Counted from the stretch's first letter, positions 44,674 through 53,214 are shown. The stretch: DNA of 64,000 nucleotides from an uncultured Gammaproteobacteria bacterium (GCA_963782445.1 CAWAJM010000001.1:2930666-2994665); one strand, 5' to 3'. Notes: generated by a model not told the origin, from the letters alone. Translations and numbers: made by a program.

Positions 44674-45978
44674 ATGAACCGATCCATCGCAAGCAGACGA
44701 TGGTGCCTGGCCGGCACATGCCTGGCATGCGCCGTCGTCGGGTCGGCGCCCTTCGGCGCCGCCTCTGCCGCCTGGGACACCGTCTCCAACATTCGCATGG
44801 GCATCGAAGCGAACGACAATCCGAGGCTCGGCCAACAGCAGACGACACAGTCACAAACGCTGCAGGACCTGCAGGATCACACGTCGGTCCGCGCCCTCGT
44901 AGACATGATCTTCCGCCTTCAGAACATCGGTCAGCGCAGCAACATATACGTGCAGCCCCGAATCCGCGCGGACGCATACTCGGACACGATCGACAAAGAC
45001 CTTCAGCGCAAGGACCTGTACCTGTTCGCGAGCGGCAACTACAAATGGGAACGCGCCGAAATCGGGCTACGTAGCAATTTCGCGCGCGAGAGCATATTGA
45101 GCAGCGAGCTGCTCGACGCGGGGCTCATCGATCTCGGCGACCCGAGCATCGTGGGCCAGCCCATCCAGACGGACACGGGGCAGCTCGTCATGCTCAGCGA
45201 GCACCGAAACCGTGCCATCGTCGCACCGTACGCAAACTTCACCATATCGCCGCGCAGCTCGATCGGCGTGGACGCGACGTATCTGAACCAGACGTATTCG
45301 GGCCTGCAGCTCCGAACCCGGTCCGACATCTGGCAAAAAGAGCTCGGGACGCACGTGTCTCGAACGATCGATTCGCGCACCAGCGCCACGGCCCGCCTTT
45401 TCGCCGCGGACTACCATGCGGTAGCCACGGACAACGACACGCGCACCGTCGGTGTAGAAGGCGGCCTTTCACGCAAGCTCAACGAGACCTTGTCGCTGAA
45501 TCTCAGCGCCGGCCTCGAGCGCAGCGCGTTCACGTATCTGCCCGCGGCCGGCCCGACCGTGCACAATGCGGCCGCGAATTACATCTTCGACGTGGGTCTA
45601 GGTAAGCAGACGGAAACCACGACGCTGAAACTGGACGTGAGCCGGCAAATCGACCCGAGCGCCGCCGGCTTCATGACGCGCCGCAACGAGCTGCGCATCC
45701 TGTACGCGCACGATATGTCCCAGCGGCTGACCCTGAACTTCGCGCTGCGGGCCTTTCAAAGCGGCGGCCTCAGTTCCACCGCCTCCACGGACGAAACACA
45801 GCGCAATTATGCTCGGCTCGCGTTCGAGCTCGACTGGGCATTCACCCGGACGTGGTCGTTCGCCGTGGGCTACGATGCCGTCTCGCAGTCGTTCCAGCAC
45901 GTCTCGAGAGAGAACGGCAGCGCCAATGTCGTCTCGCTGGGCGTCGTCTATCAGGGCTTGTCGCGCCAGGGGCGCTAG
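44674..45978 (+). CDS. Outer-membrane beta-barrel protein of the type associated with PEP-CTERM/EPS loci
   Basis: 434 aa from ATG 44674 with a signal peptide (CLACAVVGSAPFGAASA/AW). The remainder shows the alternating amphipathic-strand pattern with Y/F/W-ending strands (LSLNLSAGLERSAFTY, WSFAVGYDAVSQSF, ANVVSLGVVYQG). Confidence 0.65.
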   Translation: MNRSIASRRWCLAGTCLACAVVGSAPFGAASAAWDTVSNIRMGIEANDNPRLGQQQTTQSQTLQDLQDHTSVRALVDMIFRLQNIGQRSNIYVQPRIRADAYSDTIDKDLQRKDLYLFASGNYKWERAEIGLRSNFARESILSSELLDAGLIDLGDPSIVGQPIQTDTGQLVMLSEHRNRAIVAPYANFTISPRSSIGVDATYLNQTYSGLQLRTRSDIWQKELGTHVSRTIDSRTSATARLFAADYHAVATDNDTRTVGVEGGLSRKLNETLSLNLSAGLERSAFTYLPAAGPTVHNAAANYIFDVGLGKQTETTTLKLDVSRQIDPSAAGFMTRRNELRILYAHDMSQRLTLNFALRAFQSGGLSSTASTDETQRNYARLAFELDWAFTRTWSFAVGYDAVSQSFQHVSRENGSANVVSLGVVYQGLSRQGR

Positions 45979-46140
45979 TGGCCTGTAACGGCCGATTCGG
46001 TAGTGGCTGAGCGATGGATGGCGCGTCGGGGCAAGGCACGAGGAGGAGGCATAGTCGTGACTATGGCGACGACGAGCAACGCGGCACCGGCGCGCCAGAC
46101 GCGTTCAGGCGCTACCGAATCAGCCGTTACAGGCCACTAG
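45975..46140. repeat. 166-bp nested imperfect palindrome between convergent genes
   Basis: 29-nt arms CTAGTGGCCTGTAACGGCCGATTCGGTAG (45975-46003) and CTACCGAATCAGCCGTTACAGGCCACTAG (46112-46140) differ by 1 mismatch. An inner palindrome CATAGTC-GT-GACTATG (46050-46065) has exactly the same centre. The flanks between them are partly complementary. Confidence 0.85.
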
Positions 46141-46177
46141 TTACCCGGGAGTCTTCTGTGACGACGGCCGCCGTTCC

Positions 46178-47038
46178 CTAAGACTTCGTGTTGCGCGCGC
46201 GAACCGCGCGCGTCCGCTCCCGGGACTGAGTGCGCGCGCCGTAACGCAGCGGCACGGCAGCTTCCGGTGCATAGACCATGAAGGTCATGCTCTCCTGGAT
46301 ATAGAGCTGAACGTGCTCGGCGTCGTGATTCGAATAGCCGATCGAGAAGTCCTGACCCACGACCAGCTCGAAGTCGCCGCCGCGCAGGCTCATGACCACG
46401 GCACCGTCGACGGCCGGCGCCCAGATGATGCGGCCATCGAGCTGCTGCGTAACCATGTTGATGACGGGGTAGCCGCCCTTGTTCGTCGTCTCCGTCAGAC
46501 CCTCGTAGCACCGCGGGCCGAGCGCAATCGCGTAAGGGCCCTCGACGCCCTGATTGCGCAGCCAGCTCAGCGCCGCAGCCACCGCTTCGGGATACTTCTC
46601 GTAGTCTTCCGAAAGCGGCAGTGCATGACCGTCCGCGCGTTGCATGATTCCGTCGATGCCGGCCGCGGCGAAGCCCTCAAAGATCGACCGGTCCTCCGTC
46701 AGCGCGGCCGTACGGGCCGCGGCCACGACGTTGCCGAGATCTGCGTCGCGGCTGCCGCGGGCCATGGCGTCGACCTCGGCGCGATCGAGCCGAAACGGGA
46801 CCGTGAGCTCGACGAGGGCGCGGGTCGCGCGCAGCGAGGCGTCGACGCCCTCGCGCGGCGACTCGATGCGGTCCGCGCGGCCCGATCCGTAGGACGAGCA
46901 CTGCCAGCCGTGCGGGCCGCTGAAATCGACGAGCTTGCGTCCGGACAGCGTACGCCGCAGGGTGCGCTCGGCCTCCGCATCGATCTGCGCCCAGGTATCG
47001 GGCGTGATCGGCGCGAATTGTCTGTGCAGGTGATCCAT
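46178..47038 (-). CDS. Family 1 encapsulin nanocompartment shell protein (HK97 fold, linocin M18-like)
   Basis: 286 aa. MDHLHRQFAPITPDTWAQIDAEAERTL N-terminus and characteristic ...GYPVINMV...GGDFELVVGQDFSIGY... Confidence 0.9.
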   Translation of the reverse strand: MDHLHRQFAPITPDTWAQIDAEAERTLRRTLSGRKLVDFSGPHGWQCSSYGSGRADRIESPREGVDASLRATRALVELTVPFRLDRAEVDAMARGSRDADLGNVVAAARTAALTEDRSIFEGFAAAGIDGIMQRADGHALPLSEDYEKYPEAVAAALSWLRNQGVEGPYAIALGPRCYEGLTETTNKGGYPVINMVTQQLDGRIIWAPAVDGAVVMSLRGGDFELVVGQDFSIGYSNHDAEHVQLYIQESMTFMVYAPEAAVPLRYGARTQSRERTRAVRARNTKS

Positions 47039-47047
47039 GCCGCTCCC

Positions 47048-47473
47048 TTATCGCTTCGGTTCCGGCGGCCGGCGCAGGCTGCCGATTCCGAGATCGCCGG
47101 GCTTCGCACCGCCGGACGCCTCGCCCTCCGCGCCTTGCTCGGCGTCGGCTTCGATTCCGATGATGGAACCTTCCGTGAACAAATAGCGGCGGAGAAAACG
47201 GTCCAGGACGGGGTCCTGGCGCCGCAGCCACTCGAGAACCATGGCCGCGTGTTCCTTCTCCTCGTCGCGATTGTGCGCGAGCACGGCCTTGAGCTCCGGG
47301 TCGTCCGTCGCGTCGACGCGTTGCGAGTACCAATCGACGGCCTCGAGCTCCTCCATGAGGGAGCGGATTGCGCGGTGATTGTCGATCGTTTGCGGGCGGA
47401 GCTCGTCCGCGGCTTCGTGCAGGCTATCAGGTTCGCTCATGGTTTCCGTTTCGTCTTTTTCGCTCTCGGGCAC
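47048..47473 (-). CDS. Encapsulated ferritin-like cargo protein (EncFtn) with a C-terminal encapsulin targeting peptide
   Basis: 130-141 aa. Ferritin-like EExxH-type ligands (LMEELEAVDWY, NRDEEKEHAAMVLEWL) and a C-terminal DLGIGSLRR motif matching family-1 targeting peptides. It lies 9 nt upstream of the shell gene. The start is ATG 47473 or 47440. Confidence 0.85.
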   Translation of the reverse strand: MPESEKDETETMSEPDSLHEAADELRPQTIDNHRAIRSLMEELEAVDWYSQRVDATDDPELKAVLAHNRDEEKEHAAMVLEWLRRQDPVLDRFLRRYLFTEGSIIGIEADAEQGAEGEASGGAKPGDLGIGSLRRPPEPKR

Positions 47474-47485
47474 TCGGACCGCCTG

Positions 47486-48193
47486 CTAGCGCAGCAGCCA
47501 CTGCGCCAACAGGTCCCTGCCGAAGATCCAATAGTGCAGGGAAGCTCCCAGAATGGCATGCGATGCGGCGAGCGGCAACAGCACCCGGTACCGACGATAG
47601 AGACTGCCCCAAACCAGGGCAGCCACGAACACCGCCGCCATGACCACGAAGCGCGGATAGTGCACGGCGCTGAATATCAGGGCCATGAGCGCGACGGCGG
47701 CGCGCGGCGGCAGAATGTAGCTCAGCCTGCCGAGCAGGTAGACCTCGAACACGAATTGCTGCGCGAGCCCCCAGAGCAAGTACAGCCCAACGGCCGGCAG
47801 GTAGTGCGGGTTGAGTACGCGCGCTGCCGCTCCCTGCCAGCCGCCGTGCTCGTAGCCGAGCCCCGCGCCGACCGCAAAAAACAACAGCGCGCCCGCCAGC
47901 GTGAACGCGCCGGCCCGAATTGCGGTGGCCTCGAAACGCCGCCTGTACGGCTCGGCCGGAGCCGGCTGCGCCCGCCACAGTCTGCGCGTCCGCCCATATG
48001 CGGCGCCGATGAGCACCACCGCGGCGAGGCCGAGGACGCCGTCGAGGTACCGCGGCCGATCGCGGAACGCGAGCAGATATACGGCCGTGAACAGGCCGAT
48101 CAGTAGCAGCTCAAGCCAAACCTGCCGGACCGAAGGCGCATCGAGGTGCCGGTCGCGGCCGTCCTCGGAACCGAACCCGGCCCCCGTGTGCAT
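47486..48193 (-). CDS. CPBP-family (CAAX protease / Abi-like) intramembrane protein with atypical motifs
   Basis: 235 aa with 6-7 TM helices. The FxxxH motif is present (IFSAVHY) and a second His motif reads SHAILGA. The usual EExxxR motif is not evident (GLAQQFVFEVYLLGRL). Confidence 0.65.
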   Translation of the reverse strand: MHTGAGFGSEDGRDRHLDAPSVRQVWLELLLIGLFTAVYLLAFRDRPRYLDGVLGLAAVVLIGAAYGRTRRLWRAQPAPAEPYRRRFEATAIRAGAFTLAGALLFFAVGAGLGYEHGGWQGAAARVLNPHYLPAVGLYLLWGLAQQFVFEVYLLGRLSYILPPRAAVALMALIFSAVHYPRFVVMAAVFVAALVWGSLYRRYRVLLPLAASHAILGASLHYWIFGRDLLAQWLLR

Positions 48194-48199
48194 GGGGGC

Positions 48200-48862
48200 C
48201 TAGGAACCGGCCGGGAGCGGCAAGCGAATCGTGAAGCCTCCCTCGGTACGCCGCTCGGCCGTGCCGCCGAGCCGCTCGAGCAGATGCTCGGCCACGAGAA
48301 GGCGCACGACGAGCATCTTCTGCTCGCGCCGCCGCTCGTCGGCCCCCTTCTCGGACCCGCCGTCGCCGCTCGCACCGTCGCCGGTGGCAGAGGCCGCCAC
48401 GCGGACCCAGCCGGCCTCCTCCCGCGCCTCGACCGACACTGCCTGGCCGGACTGCATCCCTGCGAGGAGGTTGTCGAGCAGCGTCCCGAGAACCTGGAGC
48501 AGGCGCTCGGCGTCCGTCTCCAGCATGGAGGCGGGAAGGCCGCCGCTCTCGACAGCGATATGACGCTCCTCGGCCGCCGGTCGGAGGTTACCCAGAGCTT
48601 CCCCGAGCACGGTGCCCAGCGTAACGCGCTCGCGCTTGAGCTCGAGGCTATCGGAAGCGATCTGCACAACGTCGCCGAGCTCCCGAATGAGCTTGGCCTC
48701 GCGCTCCAGATTGCGGCGGATGACCGCTGCCGCATTGAGCACGGCATCCCGGTCCGAGGCCTTGAGCTCGAGCAGACTCACGGACATGAGACAGGCATTG
48801 AGCGGAGCGCGCAATTCGTGCACGACGGCGGCGAGCAAGGCATTTCGGTCAACTTTAGTCAC
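48200..48862 (-). CDS. Soluble histidine kinase core without a sensor domain (HisKA plus atypical HATPase_c)
   Basis: 220 aa from a GTG start. H-box AAVVHELRAPLNA and N-box LGTLLDNLLAG. The G1/G2 region is replaced by a Gly/Asp/Arg-rich stretch (ATGDGASGDGGSEKGADERRREQK) with no GxGLGL motif. Confidence 0.7.
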   Translation of the reverse strand: MTKVDRNALLAAVVHELRAPLNACLMSVSLLELKASDRDAVLNAAAVIRRNLEREAKLIRELGDVVQIASDSLELKRERVTLGTVLGEALGNLRPAAEERHIAVESGGLPASMLETDAERLLQVLGTLLDNLLAGMQSGQAVSVEAREEAGWVRVAASATGDGASGDGGSEKGADERRREQKMLVVRLLVAEHLLERLGGTAERRTEGGFTIRLPLPAGS

Positions 48863-49183
48863 GGTATCGGAACGGATCGATTACAATCGCAATGAACCCG
48901 ATGATAACCGCCGACACGGCGAGTTAGAAAACGCGGAAAGGCGCCGGCGGCCCTCGCCGGCCCCTTGGGAGGCAAGCGTGGAACCGACCGGCTTCGGATG
49001 GGTCCACAGTAAGCGAACCTGCTCGGCTTCGCTGGCCGGAAGGCGCGAAGCGGCCGGTGCGGCAGGCGCACGGCGAGCTCTTTCCACAATCCGGCGCCGC
49101 GGCGCGGCGCTGTGCCGACACGCGCTTCCCGAATCTGGTAGATTCGAGTAATACTGATACAAGAGACAGAACGGGTGAACTAG

Positions 49184-50515
49184 ATGGCAAGGGTATTGCT
49201 TGTCGACGACGAGCCGGACTTTGTGCAGTCGGCGTCCGAGATGCTGCGGCTTCACGGCCACGACGTGCGCACGGCGGATACCTTGGCTAATGCACGCCGG
49301 CTGCTCGACTCGCAGAGTTCCGACGTGCTCTTACTGGATCTCATGTTGCCGGACGGCAACGGTCTCGAGCTGCTCGAGGAGCTGGCCGAGAACCATCAGG
49401 CCATCGAGCGGGTCGTGCTCATTACGGGCCACCCCGGCATCAAGTCCCAGATCAAGAACCTGAGCGGGCCCTCGGTCAACTACCTGACCAAACCCATCGA
49501 CAGCCGCGAGCTCATGGGACTGCTGCGCGAGCTCGAGCGTACGGACCAGGGCCAGGAGCCCGAGGACGTAGCGCTGCACTTCGGGGTGCTCGTCGGCGAG
49601 ACGCCGCAAATGCAGGCCGTGTACAACCAGATCGAGAAGATCGGCGGGACGGACAGCGCCGTCCTGATTCTCGGCGAGACGGGCACCGGCAAGGAGCTCG
49701 TCGCGGAGGCAATCCACCGCGTCAGCGGTCGTACCGGCGAATTCGTGGCCGTCAACTGCGGCTCATTATCGCGGGAGCTGGCGGGCAGCGAGCTGTTCGG
49801 GCACGAGAAGGGCAGCTTCACGGGCGCGACGCGCCAACACTCCGGCTTCTTTCAGCGCGCTCACGCGGGTACGCTGTTCCTCGACGAGCTCACGGAGATG
49901 CCGGCCGAGCTGCAGCCGCATTTCCTGCGCGTCCTCGAGACCCGCTGCGTGCTTCCCGTCGGCAGCGAGAAGGAGGTGCCCATCGAGACGCGTGTGGTCG
50001 CGGCCACGAACCGCGTGCCGACCGAGGCCATCCAGAACAAGGCGCTGCGCAAGGACCTGTACTACCGGCTTTCCGTGTTCCCGATCAACCTGCCGCCGCT
50101 GCATTCCCGGCGCGGCGACATTAGCCTGCTCGCCAACCATTTCCTGCGCGAGCTGGCCCGGCGCTACGGTCCCGAGCGCTGGCTGTCGGAAAAATCCATG
50201 AAGCGGCTCGAGGCCTACCACTGGCCCGGCAACGTGCGCGAGCTGCGCCACGTCATCCACCGCGCCTTCATCCTCTCGGACTCCGAAGACGGCGAGCTCG
50301 AGCTGCCGGAGCGCTTCGAGAGCCCGTTCGGCCAGCAGAACCGGCTCGAGGGTCTGCAGGTCGGCCGCTCGATCCGGGACATCGAGCGCGAGCTCATCAT
50401 GCGCACCTTGGCGCACTTCGACGGCGACAAGCGCGCCGCTGCGGAAATCCTCGGGATCAGCCTCAATACGCTGTACAACCGGCTGCACGTCTACGAGCAG
50501 GAGAAGGCGTCCTAG
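49184..50515 (+). CDS. Sigma-54-dependent response regulator (NtrC family bacterial enhancer-binding protein)
   Basis: 443 aa. Receiver domain (VLLVDDEPDF..DVLLLDLMLPDGNG), AAA+ domain (GETGTGKELVAEAIH, ELFGHEKGSFTGA, RVVAATN) and a C-terminal Fis-type HTH (AAEILGISLNTLYNRL). Confidence 0.9.
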   Translation: MARVLLVDDEPDFVQSASEMLRLHGHDVRTADTLANARRLLDSQSSDVLLLDLMLPDGNGLELLEELAENHQAIERVVLITGHPGIKSQIKNLSGPSVNYLTKPIDSRELMGLLRELERTDQGQEPEDVALHFGVLVGETPQMQAVYNQIEKIGGTDSAVLILGETGTGKELVAEAIHRVSGRTGEFVAVNCGSLSRELAGSELFGHEKGSFTGATRQHSGFFQRAHAGTLFLDELTEMPAELQPHFLRVLETRCVLPVGSEKEVPIETRVVAATNRVPTEAIQNKALRKDLYYRLSVFPINLPPLHSRRGDISLLANHFLRELARRYGPERWLSEKSMKRLEAYHWPGNVRELRHVIHRAFILSDSEDGELELPERFESPFGQQNRLEGLQVGRSIRDIERELIMRTLAHFDGDKRAAAEILGISLNTLYNRLHVYEQEKAS

Positions 50516-50583
50516 CGCCTCGGTGTCGGCTGCAGCCCGCCCTATTCATGAACGGAATCGGGCGGCCGCGAAACGTTACCTCC

Positions 50584-50599
50584 TGGCACGGCCCTTGCA
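50584..50599 (+). promoter_or_regulatory. Sigma-54 promoter TGGCACGGCCCTTGCA for csbD/AI-2E/mgtC
   Basis: Perfect consensus, 38 nt upstream of ATG 50635 (AGGAGA RBS) and immediately downstream of the bEBP gene. Confidence 0.75.
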
Positions 50600-50634
50600 C
50601 CCTGGCTAAGCAGGCAGTCAAGGAGAATAGTCGT

Positions 50635-50835
50635 ATGAACTGGGATCGTATCGAAGGCAACTGGAAACAACTCAAAGGCGACGCGCGGCAGCGCTGGGGC
50701 AAGCTCACCGACGACGACTGGGAGGTCATCGGCGGGAAGCGCGACGAGCTCGTCGGCCGCCTTCAGGAACGCTACGGCAAGAGCCGGGACGAGGCCGAAC
50801 GCGAGGTCGAGGACTGGGGCCGTAACCTGAGCTGA
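50635..50835 (+). CDS. csbD: CsbD-family general stress protein
   Basis: 66 aa: MNWDRIEGNWKQLKGDARQRWGKLTDDDWEVIGGKRDELVGRLQERYG, a textbook CsbD repeat. Confidence 0.85.
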   Translation: MNWDRIEGNWKQLKGDARQRWGKLTDDDWEVIGGKRDELVGRLQERYGKSRDEAEREVEDWGRNLS

Positions 50836-50844
50836 CGAGAGCCG

Positions 50845-52008
50845 TTGCAGCCGCCGGAGCCGCGATTTCGCAAGCTGTTCGCCGTTGCGGTCGTTCTGAC
50901 ATTCAGCTTGCTGTTCTTCGACATGATCGCCCCGTTTATCGAGGCGGTCATACTGGCGGCGGTCTTGAGCGGACTGCTCTACCCGGCCTTCCGCTGGCTG
51001 GCCGGGCGTCTACCCAACGAGGGGATGGCCGCGACGATCACCGTCGCGGCCGTTCTCTTCGCCATTGTGCTGCCGCTCGTCTTCTTGGTCTTCGCTTTCG
51101 TCAAGGAAGCGATCCGCATCACCGGCGACCTCGCCCCCTGGATACAGGCCCAGCTCAACGGGCGCGGGCCGCAGTGGCACATCCCGACCTGGGTGCCTTT
51201 CGGCGCCTATCTGGAACCGTATCGGGACCAGATCCTCGGCCGTCTCGGCGACCTCGTAAGCCAGGCCGGAAGCTATTTCGTCAACGGGCTATCGGCCGTG
51301 ACGCAGGGCACGTTCCTGTTCGTGCTGAACCTGTTCATCATGCTCTACTCGATGTTCTTCTTTCTCATGGCCGGGCCCAAGCTTTGGGACATCTTCGGCT
51401 ACACGCCGCTGACGCACGAGGACCTCGAGCTCATTGCCGAGAAGGGTATCTCGATCGCCCGCGCAACGCTCAAAGGGACCGTCGTCGTCGGTGTGCTGCA
51501 GGGCACGCTGGCCGGTGCGGCGTTTGCCGTCACGGGCATCGAGGGCCCGGTGTTCTGGGGCGTCGGCGTGGCCTTCGCCTCGGTGATTCCGGGGATCGGC
51601 GCCGCCATTGTCTGGGTCCCGGCCTGTATCTTTCTGTTCGTGACCGGGCACACGCTGCCCGCGATCGGCCTGTTGCTGTGGTGCGCGCTCGTCGTGAGCT
51701 CGGTGGACAACCTCGTGCGCCCGTGGCTCGTCGGCAGCGACACCCGCATGCCCGACGTTCTGATCCTACTGAGCACGCTCGGCGGAATAGCGATGTTCGG
51801 CGTGACCGGCATCGTCATCGGTCCCATCATTGCGGGCCTATTTCTCACGAGCTGGCACATATTCTCGGCCAGCTTTCGGCAGGAATTCGAGAGTGCCGAT
51901 GCCGCACCGCCGCTGTTGGACGAGGAAACCGAAGGTCTCGGCACCGAGGACCGCCCTCGCCAAAGTTCTTCCGGCTCCGGGACTTCGAGCCGCAAGAAGG
52001 CCGGCTAG
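50845..52008 (+). CDS. AI-2E family transporter (PerM/YhhT, UPF0118)
   Basis: 387 aa polytopic membrane protein with family-typical stretches (LYSMFFFLMAGP, LKGTVVVGVLQG, ASVIPGIGAAIVWVPA). TTG start at 50845. Confidence 0.85.
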   Translation: MQPPEPRFRKLFAVAVVLTFSLLFFDMIAPFIEAVILAAVLSGLLYPAFRWLAGRLPNEGMAATITVAAVLFAIVLPLVFLVFAFVKEAIRITGDLAPWIQAQLNGRGPQWHIPTWVPFGAYLEPYRDQILGRLGDLVSQAGSYFVNGLSAVTQGTFLFVLNLFIMLYSMFFFLMAGPKLWDIFGYTPLTHEDLELIAEKGISIARATLKGTVVVGVLQGTLAGAAFAVTGIEGPVFWGVGVAFASVIPGIGAAIVWVPACIFLFVTGHTLPAIGLLLWCALVVSSVDNLVRPWLVGSDTRMPDVLILLSTLGGIAMFGVTGIVIGPIIAGLFLTSWHIFSASFRQEFESADAAPPLLDEETEGLGTEDRPRQSSSGSGTSSRKKAG

Positions 52009-52013
52009 CGCCG

Positions 52014-52490
52014 ATGCATCTCGTCGACGGCAATTGGCTCGTGCAGATCGAGATCGCGATCAAGGTCATCATCGCCGGCGTGCTGGGCGGGCTCGTGGGC
52101 CTCGAGCGGGAGCTCGCCAACCGTCCCGCCGGCCTGCGCACGCATGCCATCCTGGCGGCGACCGCGGCCCTGCTGGTCGGGCTCTCGGACGTGCTCATTC
52201 AGCGCTTTGCGACGGAGACGGCCGTCGGACTGCTGCGCTCGGACCCGCTGCGCGTCGTGGTCGCCATTGTAACCGGCGTTGCCTTTCTCGGCGCCGGGAC
52301 CATCTTCCGGCACCCCTCCGAGAACGTCATCGAGGGACTCACGACCGGCACGTCGCTGCTGCTCGTAGCCACCCTCGGCATCGCCGTCGCCACGGAGCAA
52401 CTGCTGCTCGCCGCCATCGTCACGGCCGCGGCTCTGGTCGTGCTGCGCGTCGTCGGCCGGGCGCTCGGCAAGCCTCGAAGCAACAAGTAG
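52014..52490 (+). CDS. MgtC/SapB family membrane protein
   Basis: 158 aa: IKVIIAGVLGGLVGLERELANRPAGLRTHAIL..., the canonical MgtC N-terminal domain. Confidence 0.85.
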   Translation: MHLVDGNWLVQIEIAIKVIIAGVLGGLVGLERELANRPAGLRTHAILAATAALLVGLSDVLIQRFATETAVGLLRSDPLRVVVAIVTGVAFLGAGTIFRHPSENVIEGLTTGTSLLLVATLGIAVATEQLLLAAIVTAAALVVLRVVGRALGKPRSNK

Positions 52491-52521
52491 CCTTGCCGAG
52501 CGGGGAGCGTCGTGCGGCCGG

Positions 52522-52809
52522 CTAAACGGCCCCGAGGACGCGGCCGAGCCTGAGCGCCGTGCGGCCAAGGCCCACGAGCCGTGCGCGGGATACGCCGCCG
52601 GCCTCCGGCTCTTGCGAATCGTCCTTCAGGGCGAGCCGGCCGACGAGCAGGCCGGCGACGAAGAACGCCGCGAGCCCAAGCGGGCTGCCGACCTCCTGGC
52701 GCAAGCGGCTCACCAAGCGCGCCTGCGCGAGCTCGATTTCGTCGCGGTCCTGCCGGGCCGCGAGCGCGAGCTCTTGGCACACCCGTCTTTGTCGGCTCAG
52801 CATCGACAC
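52522..52809 (-). CDS. YqjK-like small membrane protein
   Basis: 95 aa with a coiled N-terminus and one TM helix (PLGLAAFFVAGLLVG). It is the third gene after the yqjD- and yqjE-like genes. Confidence 0.5.
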   Translation of the reverse strand: MSMLSRQRRVCQELALAARQDRDEIELAQARLVSRLRQEVGSPLGLAAFFVAGLLVGRLALKDDSQEPEAGGVSRARLVGLGRTALRLGRVLGAV

Positions 52810-52815
52810 GTTCCG

Positions 52816-53214
52816 TCACTCCTCTCTCGGAAACAGCGCACTGCGCAAGGCCGGCATCGTGAGATCGCGGCTCAGGCGCAGCGCCTTGCGGTACATGAGG
52901 TACGCCGCGACGATGTGCAGGGCCGCCAAGCCGAGACCGACCGCGATCCAGGTCACGCCTGCCAGCACGACGACATAGGCGATGACGCTGACGACGAGGA
53001 TCCACGCGACAATGAGCAGCACCGACGCAACGATCGCGAGGACCAGCATCGTGACGCCGCTCATCGCCGCCAGGCCGCTCGAGGCAGCTGCGAGCTCGAG
53101 CAGGCGGGCGAAACGCTGCTTGAACGCCGAGCCGAGCTCGGCGGCCGCGCCGGCGAGGCTCGACGAATCGGAGGCGGGAGACGACGGCGTCAGGCGGTCG
53201 CGGTCGCCACTCAC
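52816..53214 (-). CDS. YqjE-like (DUF1469, phage-holin-family) membrane protein
   Basis: 132 aa with two long TM helices and the typical LLELAAAS..., HIVAAYLMYRKA tail. It overlaps the upstream gene by 4 bp. Confidence 0.7.
   Translation of the reverse strand: MSGDRDRLTPSSPASDSSSLAGAAAELGSAFKQRFARLLELAAASSGLAAMSGVTMLVLAIVASVLLIVAWILVVSVIAYVVVLAGVTWIAVGLGLAALHIVAAYLMYRKALRLSRDLTMPALRSALFPREE

Noticed and set aside
6800-46000. Calling the locus a PEP-CTERM/exosortase system.
   Set aside because: Many components resemble XrtA-associated families: an EpsE-like OPX, a chain-length determinant, a split BY-kinase, AsnB, an OM barrel and sigma-54 control. However, no exosortase, EpsI or PEP-CTERM-tailed protein is present in the window, and I cannot run the TIGRFAM models. 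It is described only as being of the type that accompanies such systems.
46057-46140. 27-codon ORF behind AGGAGGAGG inside the palindrome, considered as a small protein gene feature.
   Set aside because: Third-position GC is only moderate and half of the ORF is dictated by the palindrome arm. It is kept as a hypothesis in the findings and not called as a CDS.
48863-49183. Searched the kinase/regulator divergent region for sigma-54 or other promoter motifs. Only a small palindrome was found (GAATCT-GGT-AGATTC at 49131-49145).
   Set aside because: There is no -24/-12 motif in the correct register on either strand. The 6-bp palindrome alone is not meaningful.
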